From assembly GCF_002105155.1 (NCBI RefSeq), contig NW_019029009.1, positions 1 to 64,000 on the forward strand: 64,000 nucleotides of DNA, read 5' to 3'. The position numbers and the translations under genes are program-made. Positions 14,257-25,561 of this stretch are shown in pieces (the stretch's first letter is position 1; each line of letters starts with the position of its first letter). The notes beneath the pieces were generated by a model that was not told where the DNA came from, made no database searches, and was given only the letters and a program-made list of their open reading frames with translations. The stretch comes from Lobosporangium transversale (taxonomy: Eukaryota).

Positions 14257-17200
14257 AAAGCGTTCGGAACAAATCAGAGCTAATGCGAGACACCACTTAC
14301 TTAACAGGCCACCGAAGTGGAAAAGCTCCTCTCAAAACCAAGTTAATGACCTGCACAGTTATACTGACGCCAAGAACAATCAGAGTCAAGTACATCAACG
14401 CACCGGTGGCCAACTTCCGCAGCTGAACAAGGACAGGGCGCTCCAGAAACTCTCGCACTGGATGAAAGCCTTCGTCATTGGGATCACGAATAAACCACAT
14501 CACACCTGGCCGAACAACGCCTCGACAAATACTAACAAACACCGAAAAATTGAACATAAAAGCCGTCCCGATAAGCCAGTGCATGATGATGGACCAGTTG
14601 GGCGATTGTAAGTAGAATGCCCATCGTGAGGCCAGCGTTGCTCCAGGAAGTACAGGCAGAGTTGTCACCCCAACAACAATTCCACAGAATAGAGGGAACA
14701 CTACCATCTCAATCGTAACAAAGAATGCGATCTAAGAATAGAAAACACGTTAACAACGTTGACAGCTATATTACACTGACTGCCAAATATATCAGCCAGA
14801 AAACTGAAAGGCACCGACCTTTAAAATAAGATATTGTTGTCGAAGGACCCCTCGTATGACCTTACTAACGGCGTTACCATAAGGCTGATGTCGTTTGTTC
14901 ATGTACCACCATGCCAGTGCAAATATAATAGCATAACCTATAGCAATAGCCGTAATTTTGTTGTTGGACGAGCCTCCATAGGCAATAGCATTCCATTTCA
15001 CGATCAATTGCTGGAAAGTTGCTCCGCCTACTGCTAGAGATGTTTGAGAAGCTTTCGGGACCTCTGTGTTCAAAGTCTCCTGCGCCTTTGTGGACGCTGT
15101 TCCTGCAGCTTCCTCAATAATGGTTCTCCACACGGGTACCACGCGCTGTTGAATCATATCTGTCAAAGGCTCGAGCGCTGACCCGCCAAGATAAGGCGCA
15201 AGCATAGGATTTACACGAGGCGCAATTTGATTCGAAAATAATTTTAGCGGCCTCGACACGAGAGTCCCCAAGAGCGGCATGATCCTATCGAGCAAAAAGT
15301 CCGTAATGGGATCCGTGATTTTGTTGAGGATCCTGAGAGGTATCCGCAGGATGTTGAATGGATTCATAAGTATGACCGTCTTGCCAAGCATATATGGCAC
15401 CCAAACACCAAGACCCAGACTGGCACAAATCAATGCTGACATGAGCAATGAATTTTGAAGCAATAACCAATATGAGCCACGCATTCCAATAACTTCCAAA
15501 ATCCCATCCAGCTCCTCCACATTCATATCGTCAAGATCGTCATTTTGATCCGCCAATGCTGGAGGCGCAGGAACAGCAGGTGGTGCTGGTGCTGGCGCTG
15601 GCGCTGGTGCTGGTGCTGGGATTTGATCAGGCCGCAATGTAGGACGCAAAATATGTACGGGCTCGCCCTGTACTTCCGCAATAGCGGCTCGAAGTCGCTC
15701 CTCTGCACGCACCACCTCGGTCTCCAGGGAATCCTCCATTCCAGCAGTATCCTGATCAAGCTGCAAGGAAAATAATTTATTGTCAAAAATATCGATCGGT
15801 GCTGAGGGCAGTGTGTCTGCTCGCCACAAAAGAAGCACGATACGATCCTTATACGAAAGATTAATAGTTCGCAAGAGCTCCTCACAGCGAATGATCTTTT
15901 CATCCAGAGTCATTTCAGTGCCATCGGTTTTCAAAAACAGATTTCTGTATGTTAATGGAGCGCCTAATTTCCAGTATAATGGCACCTTTCCTCGTGTTTG
16001 GATCTGCTCATCATCCTCAACGCCATACTGGACCCATGTTGAAGGCGATTCTTTGCTCCGTACACCATACGCCCTCCATCCCGTAGATGATCCTTCGCCA
16101 TTTTCAGTATCAATGGGATGATTGTTATGTGATGATGTTGAAGGGGATCCATAGGCCCAAGGAGCGTCGCTAAAAATTATAATGCGTAAATATATAACAA
16201 GATTGTCAATTATGCTCTTCTTTGATAATAGTCGGTAAGAAAATAACATCACTGATCTAATTATGACGATTCTTACGATTGTGTTTGACTGGGGGAAGCA
16301 TACACGAATCCAGGCCGTACAGATGATGATGATGAAGATGACGATGATGAAGATGACGATGATGATGACGATGACGAGGATTCTTCATTATTGGGGATAG
16401 TGTCTTCAGCTAGGAACCTTGGCGTATCGGGCAAAAATGGTGTCCGACGCAGGCGGTTTCTCTGATTATCGAAACCAAACGCTTCATCCCTCCAAACATC
16501 ATGACGATCATGTTGCTCGATCCTTGGATCACGTTGCATAGGTAATGGAAAGACCTGTGGATTTTGCTGAGGAGGACGCCTGTCATTTAGCTCCCGCAGT
16601 CTGTTCGCTGCTTCCTGCTGGCGCCGTAACTCAGCTAAAAGAAAGCGGTTAACATTATCGATATCCGCCTGGTCGATCTGCGCTGCCTCTACCGGTCGAT
16701 CTGGAATATCTATCATAACACCATTCTCATCAGCATCCTGGTTCTGGATAACCCATTCCCGAAGTAAGAAAATGGCGACAAATACTACGACTACAACTGC
16801 GCTGATTATCTGCCCTTCGAAGCAATCCAGGATAAACGTGCTAGTTTTTTAATATAGATGTATCCATTGTAGTTGATTAATGCCTGATGCTATCCGTGCA
16901 ATCTTTGGCTGATGTTTTTGAGATAATGGCTGCATTCATATATAATCCCCCTACCTGAGCCATTTATATTCTGGTGGAACTGTCCGATGGACAAACCGTG
17001 TGAAGCTATCCATTTGTTCATAGGCTTTTGCATCTAATGTTGCCGTAGTCCCCGTGTTGGTGGCTGTTACTCTTGTTGAATTGAAAGATCCATCGACTGG
17101 TACTGGCAATCCATTGGCGCTAAAGGCGAACCAGTCTCCAACCCAGAAGTACAGGCGCCAGATCCAAATCGTGAAATAAGGCAGTATAACAAGCCATATC

Positions 17201-18040
17201 GTCATGACTAGAACTGCTCTAAGGATCAACTTGACTCCCGTTCCTAGACTATCAAAACCCTTTTTAATGAGAATCCATTTTGGAATTGTTTCTGGCATTT
17301 CTGGCGCATAAACTAGTATTAACAATAAAGGCAAAAAGACCAAAGTTAGTGCACTTTTTTTTTTTTTTTTATGACGCTGTATACATAAATGTATTATGTA
17401 TATATTCCGACTTACTAGGTGTAAATCCGAAGCTATGTTTGCAAAGCTCGCAATATCTTAATGTCAAGAGGAAAAAGAAATAAGCGTTAGAGAGGCAGTC
17501 TGAGTAAAATCAATAGTGACCACCACTTTAGGAATCGAGATGCCATTTCCACGAACCTTTTGTTGCTGTGCTCGAGCCATTCTAATAAACTAGATCGATT
17601 CCAAAAGATTGCGATGGGAAGGAGTAAGACGTTAGAGGAATAATATTAAAAGATATTGCCCTTTTCCCTTTGCGACTCGGAACAACGGCATAGCATTGAA
17701 TGATTGTGGCTCGGGTTTGCCATGAGCCAAATGTCTTTCTCTCTCTCTCTCTCTCTCTCCTCTCGCTTACCAGTCTTGATGAACGTAACGAATGCTTCCT
17801 GAGCATTTGCATGGATGGAACAACGGCTGTTCAGGTGTGGCCTCTGAGCGACACACTCTGCAGATCTCTATTTAGAATAACAACGAGGAATAGGATGAGC
17901 ATTTGTGCTGGGAACCTTGAATTCCAATCGATTTAATATGCTATTGAGCGAGGTTTTTTTTTTTTTTTTTTTTTTTGCTCATTTGACATGCGCGTAACAC
18001 AAGATGAATGGAACTATTGTGCACCTTCATCCTCCTCCAT
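12002..18040 (-). CDS. RING-CH ERAD E3 ubiquitin ligase Doa10/MARCH6 homolog, multi-exon
   Basis: Spliced N-terminus [53 protein letters not shown]-domain-like '[13 protein letters not shown]' and C-terminal '[14 protein letters not shown]'. Confidence 0.92.
16322..16381. repeat. (GAT/GAC/GAA)n microsatellite encoding poly-Ser in the Doa10 homolog
   Basis: Visible trinucleotide run; translates to a poly-S tract on the minus strand. Confidence 0.85.
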
Positions 18041-19511
18041 GACGTTCGATTTCTTTCTTATGAATTGTTCAAATGAGGAGTTCTTGTTTAATAGAGATCA
18101 AAGTTCGATAATTTTCTATTCTTGATCAATGTGCTTGAGGGAAACTTTTGTAGAAACTCTGCCGATTTGAAACAGGAAAAAGCAGACGGACGTAATTGTG
18201 TGAATGTGAGGTGAGGACAACAAGGAGAAGGCTCAAATGTGCGCAACTGGGGGGTGTAATGACATATGTCCATACAGACCGAACTCACGTGCAATTTACA
18301 CAATCGACTGAAAATATTTTTTTTTTTACTGCTCCTCTAACTCCTTTCATCCCGTATGCAGGTGAAAAAAATGTCCGTTAACCCTTTTTCTTAGGAGAAG
18401 TAAGTGAGAACGAGGTGGGAATCTACATAAGAATGCACTGCTTCAACACCCTTGGATCTAATCTGATCTGTGCTAACTGGTCTTTCTAGTAAATGTAAGC
18501 ACCCAGTCTCGGAAGAACCTTCTGGATTGATAGGGGCCAGCCAATATTTCAGCATTTTGGGGATCAGATTGGTTTGGCAGGATATGAGTGATGCAGAACT
18601 ATCTCATTCGAATAGGTTGAATCAACTGTATCTCCTAGTGATTGGAAGTTAGGTGGAGTACAATATCTAGACAGCTGTGGATACGATAAGAGGGATGTAA
18701 CAGAATCATTATGGAGTCATCAGGAAGAGAAAATAATAAGAATATTAGCCACACCGTTAATAATACCATTAAGACTACTATTATATTTATTTCATCAGTT
18801 CATTCAATAGCTAGAAAAAACCTTTCACAACAATGACAAGATAAATAATACCTTTTCACTCCAGCTACACTCTCTACATACTACTTATCTTGATAGCTTT
18901 GGTTAATATTGTCTGAAAGTTTCATTGTTTAACAATTTAGAGCTACTGAAATCCCGACACCATAAATAATAAAAGAGTCTTATGGTTTAAGGCCTTCGAA
19001 TTGATAGCATTGCTGATGACCAAGATAGTGGATTAAGTGGAATATTTGAAGAGAAATAGCGGTATTATTACCATCCCAAAAACAAGGATTGATAAAAACG
19101 CTCCTTTCACAGCTACCGCTCTCTCGGATGCTGAAGTAGACAACCAGCAATTATTGAAATGAAGGGGATACGACTTGGTAGTTGATCAAGAATAACCAAA
19201 AACCAGATAGAAAGAGTAACGGACAATGCTTTCAATAGTAAAGTAAGGCTTCATCAAATTCGTTAGAGTCGTGAATAAGTTACAAAGGTGACCAAATCCT
19301 CTTCTAAGAATATCGTTCTTGAATGTCGTATGCCGATTGCTTTTCCTTCTTGATGCTGTTGACAAGGAACACAGAGCATCTGCTTGGCCCAACAAGAACG
19401 CCTCCCTCGAGGACAGCTTCTTTGTGATAGTGATTGAGTGTTTATGCCTGTAAAAAGTTTCTTGCGGCCTAAGTTGTTGTCCAGCGGAAGGAAATCCACA
19501 GGGAAAGGTTT

Positions 19512-19643
19512 CCCCGTGCAAATAAATTTTCACTGCTTGAAAAAATTATTTGCACTGCCCCGTCAGCTGCCATCTTAGTGTGGCTGCCAAATAATGGCAA
19601 AAATTACTATATTTGATATGGGCTGCCAGATAGATTAATACTT
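19512..19643. mobile_element. Left remnant of an older copy of the TATTTGCAC-TIR family, plus a fragment of the GGCTGCC-TIR family
   Basis: 19512-19563 matches the reverse complement of ~21347-21400. 19582-19639 matches the reverse complement of ~46815-46900. Confidence 0.7.
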
Positions 19644-21446
19644 GAAAAAAGATATTTGCACGGGCCCGTACACCTCTTATTTGCACGGGGGCCGTACAAA
19701 TATTTAAAAAATCTATTTGCACTGCCCCGTACACACCTTATTTACACCGCTCCCCCCGTGCAAATAAAAAAAAGTTATTTGCACGGGGGGTCTTTTTTTT
19801 TATTTGTACGGGGTCTTTATTTTAGCCCTAAACACCATAACCAGGAAGCCTTCCATGACACAGGCTTAGATCTAGAGCCGCTGCCTAAGCATCAAATACT
19901 GACCAGAATATCTTATCAAGTTCGTATGTAGCTCAGAGTAGATGTTGGCATTCTTTATGCGACTGGGACTAAATACAGAATTACAAATGATTTATCTATA
20001 GTTGAAATATACTATGCAGCTTTACTTTGCACTTTTGTTGGTTGCATTGTTATGGTTCCCCGATGCTTTCTTTCATTTAACGCGTGCATACATCTTAGGT
20101 ATTTCCGTACACTATTAAGCACACAACGATGAATTCAGTTATTAGGAATCTCTAACGTGTAGTTTGTGTCGGTAGATGTACAACCAATCATACTACCATA
20201 CTCATTGCTATGATGCATAGCGCGCCATGTTACTAGTCTCTTTCATTCCTCTTAGATGTCCTTATCTCTGTCGTCCTTTATTAAGAACTCAAGCGCCCTC
20301 GGTACTATTTTGTTTATCAAATTCATCAAAATACAATGGGTAGACCTCAGCTTATTTTGTGGAATATCTATCCTCTTACCCGATATTACTTGTCTTTTGA
20401 TAGTTGGTGACAGTTCGCACTCAAAGCCGATCGTGCCACAATCACCTATATCTCTATATCTAAGTGGCTAAAATACTTTAATAGCATAACCGTGACTAAT
20501 AGTGATAGAAAAGAGACATAAATATTCTTTTCTGTTATTGAAATATGCCAGGGTCATAATAATTAGCGAGAACGAAAAAAAGATGTCTTTATTATGATCC
20601 AGGGATCTTCGTTAAATAAAAAGGGTAAAAACCTTAGCTATAGTAAAAACCCATATAAATGACTGCTAATCGCAACAATCCTTAGTTTTGTCTCATTACA
20701 TTCCAAGTTTATTATCATAGCCAACTTACCTTGGTTCGTCTTTAGCACGCAGTATTGCATACTCAGCAGCACATGTAGATGCTCACTGCGTCTAAAGGAC
20801 CAGCTTCATATTGTACAATCACTTGAAATGGTAATGAAGAGAAGCACTGTCTTCAATCTTATTTCTTGCCGTTTTCCCTCAGCCTGTACTGCCCAAAAAC
20901 TTCAGTGATTATCCACATTGCCTCATTAATAAAAGGGTAAATTTATTGAACTTTAGCTCCATATTACATAATAAGTTATATCAATTAGGTTAAAACAATG
21001 CACCAACTAAGAAGGAGGACAAAGAGAGGGTTCTTGTCTGCCCCACGTGAGTGGTAATTTAAATCATCGTATACGCTATATGGGTCTAATGGTAGTATTT
21101 TTGTATGTCACAAATGAGCTGTTTGGCAGCTCCCACGGCGCTGCAACTTCCACCAGTAATAATTCCAGACCCCTCTCTACTCTAGACTCACCTCCACTTA
21201 TTTATATAAAGCCAGAATCATGTAGTCTGTAGGATACACGTTGCTGCTTGTAGATGAAAAAGAGACCCCGTGCAAATAAAAAAAAGACCCCCCGTGCAAA
21301 TAACTTTTTTTTTATTTGTACGGGGGGAGCAGTGTAAATAGAGTGTGTACGGGGCAGTGCAAATAATTTTTTTTATAAGTAAAAATTTATTTGCACGGGG
21401 GCCGTACAAATAAGGGGTGTACGGGCCCGTGCAAATAACTTCATCC
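19644..21446. mobile_element. Non-autonomous or decayed Mutator-like (MULE) DNA transposon with ~175-bp TIRs and a 9-bp TSD
   Basis: Inverted repeats at 19644-~19816 and ~21263-21446 are built of TATTTGYAC sub-repeats. TTAATACTT flanks both ends (19635-19643, 21447-21455). A degenerate SWIM-like translation occurs on the minus strand near 20075-20185. Confidence 0.75.
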
Positions 21447-21449
21447 TTA

Positions 21450-21575
21450 ATACTTTATAAGATATATATTCTGGTCAATATTTGATGCTTAGGTATCGAG
21501 CTTGCGCCGTAGAAGGCTTCCTTGTAATGGTGTTAAAGACTGAAATAAAGACCAGGGAGCAGGGCCGTGCAAATA
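21450..21575. mobile_element. Right remnant of the older, oppositely oriented copy of the same MULE-like family
   Basis: The reverse complement of 21452-21554 aligns with the subterminal sequence 19812-19921. It is followed by a ccgtgcaaata motif. Confidence 0.7.
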
Positions 21576-21622
21576 CCTGTAAAAAATGTCAACAGACAGC
21601 TTCGAAAAAATATAAAAATTAT

Positions 21623-21647
21623 TGCGACTTGTGTGGATTGAACACAC

Positions 21648-21688
<41 letters not shown>

Positions 21689-21695
21689 AAGTCGC
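21623..21695 (-). tRNA. tRNA-Phe(GAA), intronless
   Basis: Reverse complement GCGACTTTAGCTCAGTTGGGAGAGCGTCAGACTGAAGATCTGAAGGTCGTGTGTTCAATCCACACAAGTCGCA forms a full cloverleaf with anticodon GAA; T-rich terminator downstream. Confidence 0.96.
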
Positions 21696-21841
21696 AATTG
21701 TTATTCTTTTGAAATATAATAGATATTTAAACATACAATAGTAACGTGACAGTTTGATAATTATACACTTTTGTACAGTTTTCAAAGTGGTTATATTTCT
21801 CGGTTATTGATTGGAACAGAACAGAATGAAATTAAAGTATT

Positions 21842-21920
21842 GCCCAATGGCTGAGTAGTATACTCGTCAGGGCACCCTCCTGTCTAGTCCAGGGGCCGGG
21901 TTCGAGTCCTGGTTAAGGCA
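21842..21920 (+). ncRNA. tRNA-derived sequence (SINE-like Pol III head or tRNA pseudogene)
   Basis: A-box-like TGGCTGAGTAG, B box GGTTCGAGTCC inside a T-arm CCGGG/CCTGG. The acceptor stem pairs poorly and the anticodon arm is non-canonical. Confidence 0.65.
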
Positions 21921-22351
21921 CATAAAGTGAAGCAAACATGTGCCAGGTCAGGGATTTGCTTGAGTTTTTATACTTTCTCTCCGAGACAGCCTAGTGTTCT
22001 CCGCTAAGGCTAAGATCGTGGGTGCACTACCCTAAGTCGCCTGGCTGGCCACATGTCTTAGGTATATATTCCACCCCCCAGCCGAACCAGCGGTACATCT
22101 GGCAGCACATCCCCCATCCACCCACTTGACTAGGACAGCGATGATCACAAAGTTTGACGGAGTCCAAAGTAGAAATTTCAGACCAATTCCGCAAGATTTG
22201 GGTCCACATGCCAGTGGATTTGATCGAATAGAAAAAATTAAAAGTCGTCCTTAGCTAGAGTCGGCACGCCAGCCTCCGCGGCTTTTCACGGGCGCAACAG
22301 GCCACATCGGAAGGATGGACTTCGAGTACCGATCACGGTGTACATTGGTAG

Positions 22352-25005
22352 AGAAAAACATGGATACGAATTGGCTCTTCACAGCCATCCCGTGCGAACT
22401 TTGAGAGTTTCGCTTGTTTCATAGTTGAGGGCGATATCATTACTTTAGAGCGAGATTATGAAAGCAGCGACAGTAGTTATGTCAGCTCGGTAGACGGGGA
22501 TACGGAAGACGAAGATCGAGAAGCGATTCGTGCACTCAACCAATTCATAAAGGATGAGGCAGCGAACAGAACCTTGACAGTATCACCGGCTAATCACAGG
22601 ATGTAGTACTGTGGCAGTATGACGATGCGGCTTCGGTCGATTATTGGATACCGCTTTATTTGCGACCCCAGTAATGGAGCAACCCATTTATAGAGCTAAC
22701 ATCTAAATAAATCCTACATGACCTCGTGGGTCCTTGTTATCAAAAAAAAAAAAAAAAAAAAAAAAAAGACAGTATCACCGGCTAATCAAGCTGTTGAGCC
22801 ACCAATTGGAATGAAGTGGATTCTGGATCAACAGAAGGAGCAGAAAAAGAGACGAGAAGCTGTTATGAAAGAGGCGCGCAGAGCAACCAGAGAACATAAT
22901 CTTAGGCGACAAAGAGCAAAGTTAGATGCCATAGTCAGAAGAGCAGAACGCCACCAGGACCGAGAGCGAAGGCATGGTGAACGCATGCGAGCCCGCGAAG
23001 AAGCGAGGAGACGCCGGACCCAGAACACAAGGAGATATGAGGGTCTGAGCGAGCAAGCTCTGCTAAGGAGAGCAAAAGTCGACCTGGATTCCAACGAGAC
23101 ACCGTGCCTAAAAGTGATCCCTGAAGTCAACAGAGGCCTAGCCAGGGACACAAATGGAGTTATCATTAGTGCCAATACCGAGGAGAAAATCCAACGCCAA
23201 AGGGAACGGTACAATACCCAGCCAGGTAATGTCATTTATACGGATGGATCTCTCAAAGATATTGGCACTGAAAGAGTAAGTATGGCATTTGGTGTAGTAG
23301 TTCAGACACAAGAGGGTGATTTTTACACTGTGCTATCTGGTAGAGTAGCAGGCAACGCATCCTCGACAAAGGCAGAGCTAGCTGGTTTGTTGGCAGGAAT
23401 ACTTATCAGCCCACGAAACAAAGCTATGACAATCCGACTTGATAGCAGCGCAGTTGTGACTCAATTCCGAGCATTGGTCCGAGGCAGAGTGGATAGCACG
23501 TTGCGACAACGTATTAGATCACCGTATGCAGTATGGTGGGCAGCTATACACAACGCATTTATTCAACAAGGATCGGAAGTCACGGTCGAGTGGGTCAAAG
23601 GACATGCCGGCAACAGAGGGAACGAAGAAGCGGACGAAGCAGCAAAACATGGACATTATGGCGAGCTATGGGATATCAACATAACGGAGCATAATGACAT
23701 GTACTGCCATGCAAAGTTCAACGGTGTACCAGCGGAAGATGACTTAAGGCAGATCCTTAAGTTACAGTCAACAACTCGTACACATCACACGTGGATCGCT
23801 CAGAACAGGACGCAGGAGCATGTTAAGGATTGGACAAAAATTGATTGGCGAGCTACTATGAACATTGTTCATGATAGCAACCTACCGAAAGGACTCTTCA
23901 CCAGCCCAGCGGACTGCCAAAAGCGAGCGCACAGAATCAAGAAACTCCATGGAATGTTGCCTACACAGTCATATATGAGACACTGGAGGCCGGACCTTTA
24001 TGAAGACGGCAACTGCAGAGTGTGTGGGACAGAGGATGAAGACACATCGCACATCTGGAGATGTCCAAGGACGATGGAGACTCAGGCCGAGAAGTGGAAG
24101 GAGATAATCCAAAATGTGAATGTGATAGAGGAGAGGACATGGAGGAAAGAGTTGAAAGCAGTGCAGGAGCAAGCACAAAGGGCCAGAGAGAGAGGTGTAG
24201 ACCCACCAAGGACAAAAGAGCCAACTTTTACTGCGGCAGAGGAGGACTACATTTGGAAAACTCTGGAGATGCATATCGATGGTGTGCGAGAAGTACTACG
24301 CCATGGTGATAGGAACGGCGATGATGAGGAAGAGAGAGAGCACACACCAGATTGGTCTGTGCAGGACATTTACCATGGACTTACGCCCAAGTCCATTGCT
24401 CAGAGTTGGAAAGTTGGCTTCAAGACAACAACAAGGATAGCTACATATATGGCAGGGCGCTTCGTCAAGGCCATAGAAGAATTCGGTCATACAGAAATCT
24501 GGAACAAACGGTGTAAAGTCACCGTTGAATGGGAAAAGACTCGTGGAATCACTGCTACGAGCAAACGCGCTAGAGGACGCAACTGTGCTGGGGAGCACAG
24601 ACGTAGTAGCAATGATTTCCTTGTCCCTTCCCTCAGACAAAGACAGAAGCTGAATGTAAAAGAGATCTACAAGATCGCGGATGACCGAGTCCGGGACAGC
24701 TACCTTGGGAAAACCAAACTGGACGTGATGGAGCGGCTAGGTGGAATGAAGTTTTTGATGATTATGGATAGCGGATATTTTGTCGCGTTGCGCAACAGGC
24801 CACGTCGGAAAGGTGGACTTTGAGTACCAACCACGGCGGTCAGGGTTTATGAAATCATGGATACAGCGGCTCTTGTCGTTTGTGCAGTAATAGCTGTTTA
24901 TTGACTATAGTTTCTGGAGCATTTTGTTCATAGAATGTAGAAAATAAATCCCATGACCCTGAGGGTCCTTGTTATCAAAAAAAAAATAAAAAATAAAAAA
25001 AAAAA
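22352..25005 (+). mobile_element. Non-LTR retrotransposon 3' portion: RNase H + CCHC zinc knuckle ORF, 3' UTR and poly(A) tail; no RT in the window
   Basis: RNase H motifs YTDGS, AELAGL, LDS and WVKGHAGNRGNEEAD; CRVC..HIWRC. The ORF ends at 24823. The tail gaccctgagggtccttgttatc(A)n lies at 24955-25005. Confidence 0.85.
22597..22767 (+). mobile_element. 171-nt 5'-truncated retroposon tail with poly(A) and a perfect 21-bp TSD
   Basis: GACAGTATCACCGGCTAATCA occurs at 22576-22596 and 22768-22788. The insert ends in gacctcgtgggtccttgttatc(A)26. Confidence 0.93.
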
Positions 25006-25386
25006 GTGTACAATTATCGAGATTCCACTGTACGCACTTGCAATGATCTAAGCTGGAAGCGAAGCAGCAGCGATTTTGAGAACAAGCACGTGCTTGCTAG
25101 TTTTTTCAATATCGCTGTTCAATTATTCAGCGTGCTGGTTCGAAAGAAGAGGTGATTTAGCAGAATTCCATTGGACAGATTTTTTTTTTTTTAAAAAAAA
25201 AAAAAAATAAGACAGACCCATAGTTACAGAACTCCCCATTTTTCCGAATTAAAAAAAAAGAATGTTATTTATTTAAAAAGTCCTTAGTCTTTTCCTGCAA
25301 GATACAAATAGCACCACAGTCCTCCGCAAAAGTTTGTTATTCATGATAAAAATAGAGAGGTGACCGACCTACACTTGTTGTGCAGT

Positions 25387-25561
25387 GGGGTATGGCACGT
25401 GTCTGACCGTGATCTGGACCAAGTAAGCAACAAGTTACTCCTTGGCACAGCCGCGGACAGCACGAGACAGTCCAATCGAGGGGCATGGAGCATGTCTGGT
25501 AACAATCTGAACCAAGAAGGAACAAATTTCCTCTCCAGCACAGTTGAGAACAGCATGCCAC
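25387..25561. repeat. Diverged tandem duplication, ~93-bp unit x2
   Basis: ggggtatgg..tgtctg..atctggaccaag..gcacag..acagca versus ggggcatgg..tgtctg..atctgaaccaag..gcacag..acagca. Confidence 0.55.

Noticed and set aside
18450..19500. Possible decayed coding sequence (also 48340-48840 and 54860-55200)
   Set aside because: Fragmentary frames with no recognisable motifs; BLASTX would be needed.
19644..19816. CRISPR-like array of TATTTGCAC repeats
   Set aside because: Eukaryotic context, mixed repeat orientation, no unique spacers and no cas genes. Explained as TIR sub-repeats.
21842..21920. tRNA-Sec or suppressor tRNA (GCCC start, long D-stem-like hairpin)
   Set aside because: No TCA anticodon loop, no long variable arm, and the acceptor stem does not pair properly.
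22262..22330. HDV-like ribozyme (ccagcctccgcggc resembles P3/L3)
   Set aside because: L3 is too short and I could not find P1 or P2 partners. An RNArobo or Infernal search would settle it.
22718..22770. Start of the 701-aa ORF (MTSWVLVIKKKK)
   Set aside because: It derives from the inserted tail and its poly(A), so it is not a genuine N-terminus.
25030..25150. Small Pol III or snoRNA-like unit (T6 run, downstream GGTTCGAA)
   Set aside because: No match to U6, U6atac or C/D boxes that I can recognise.
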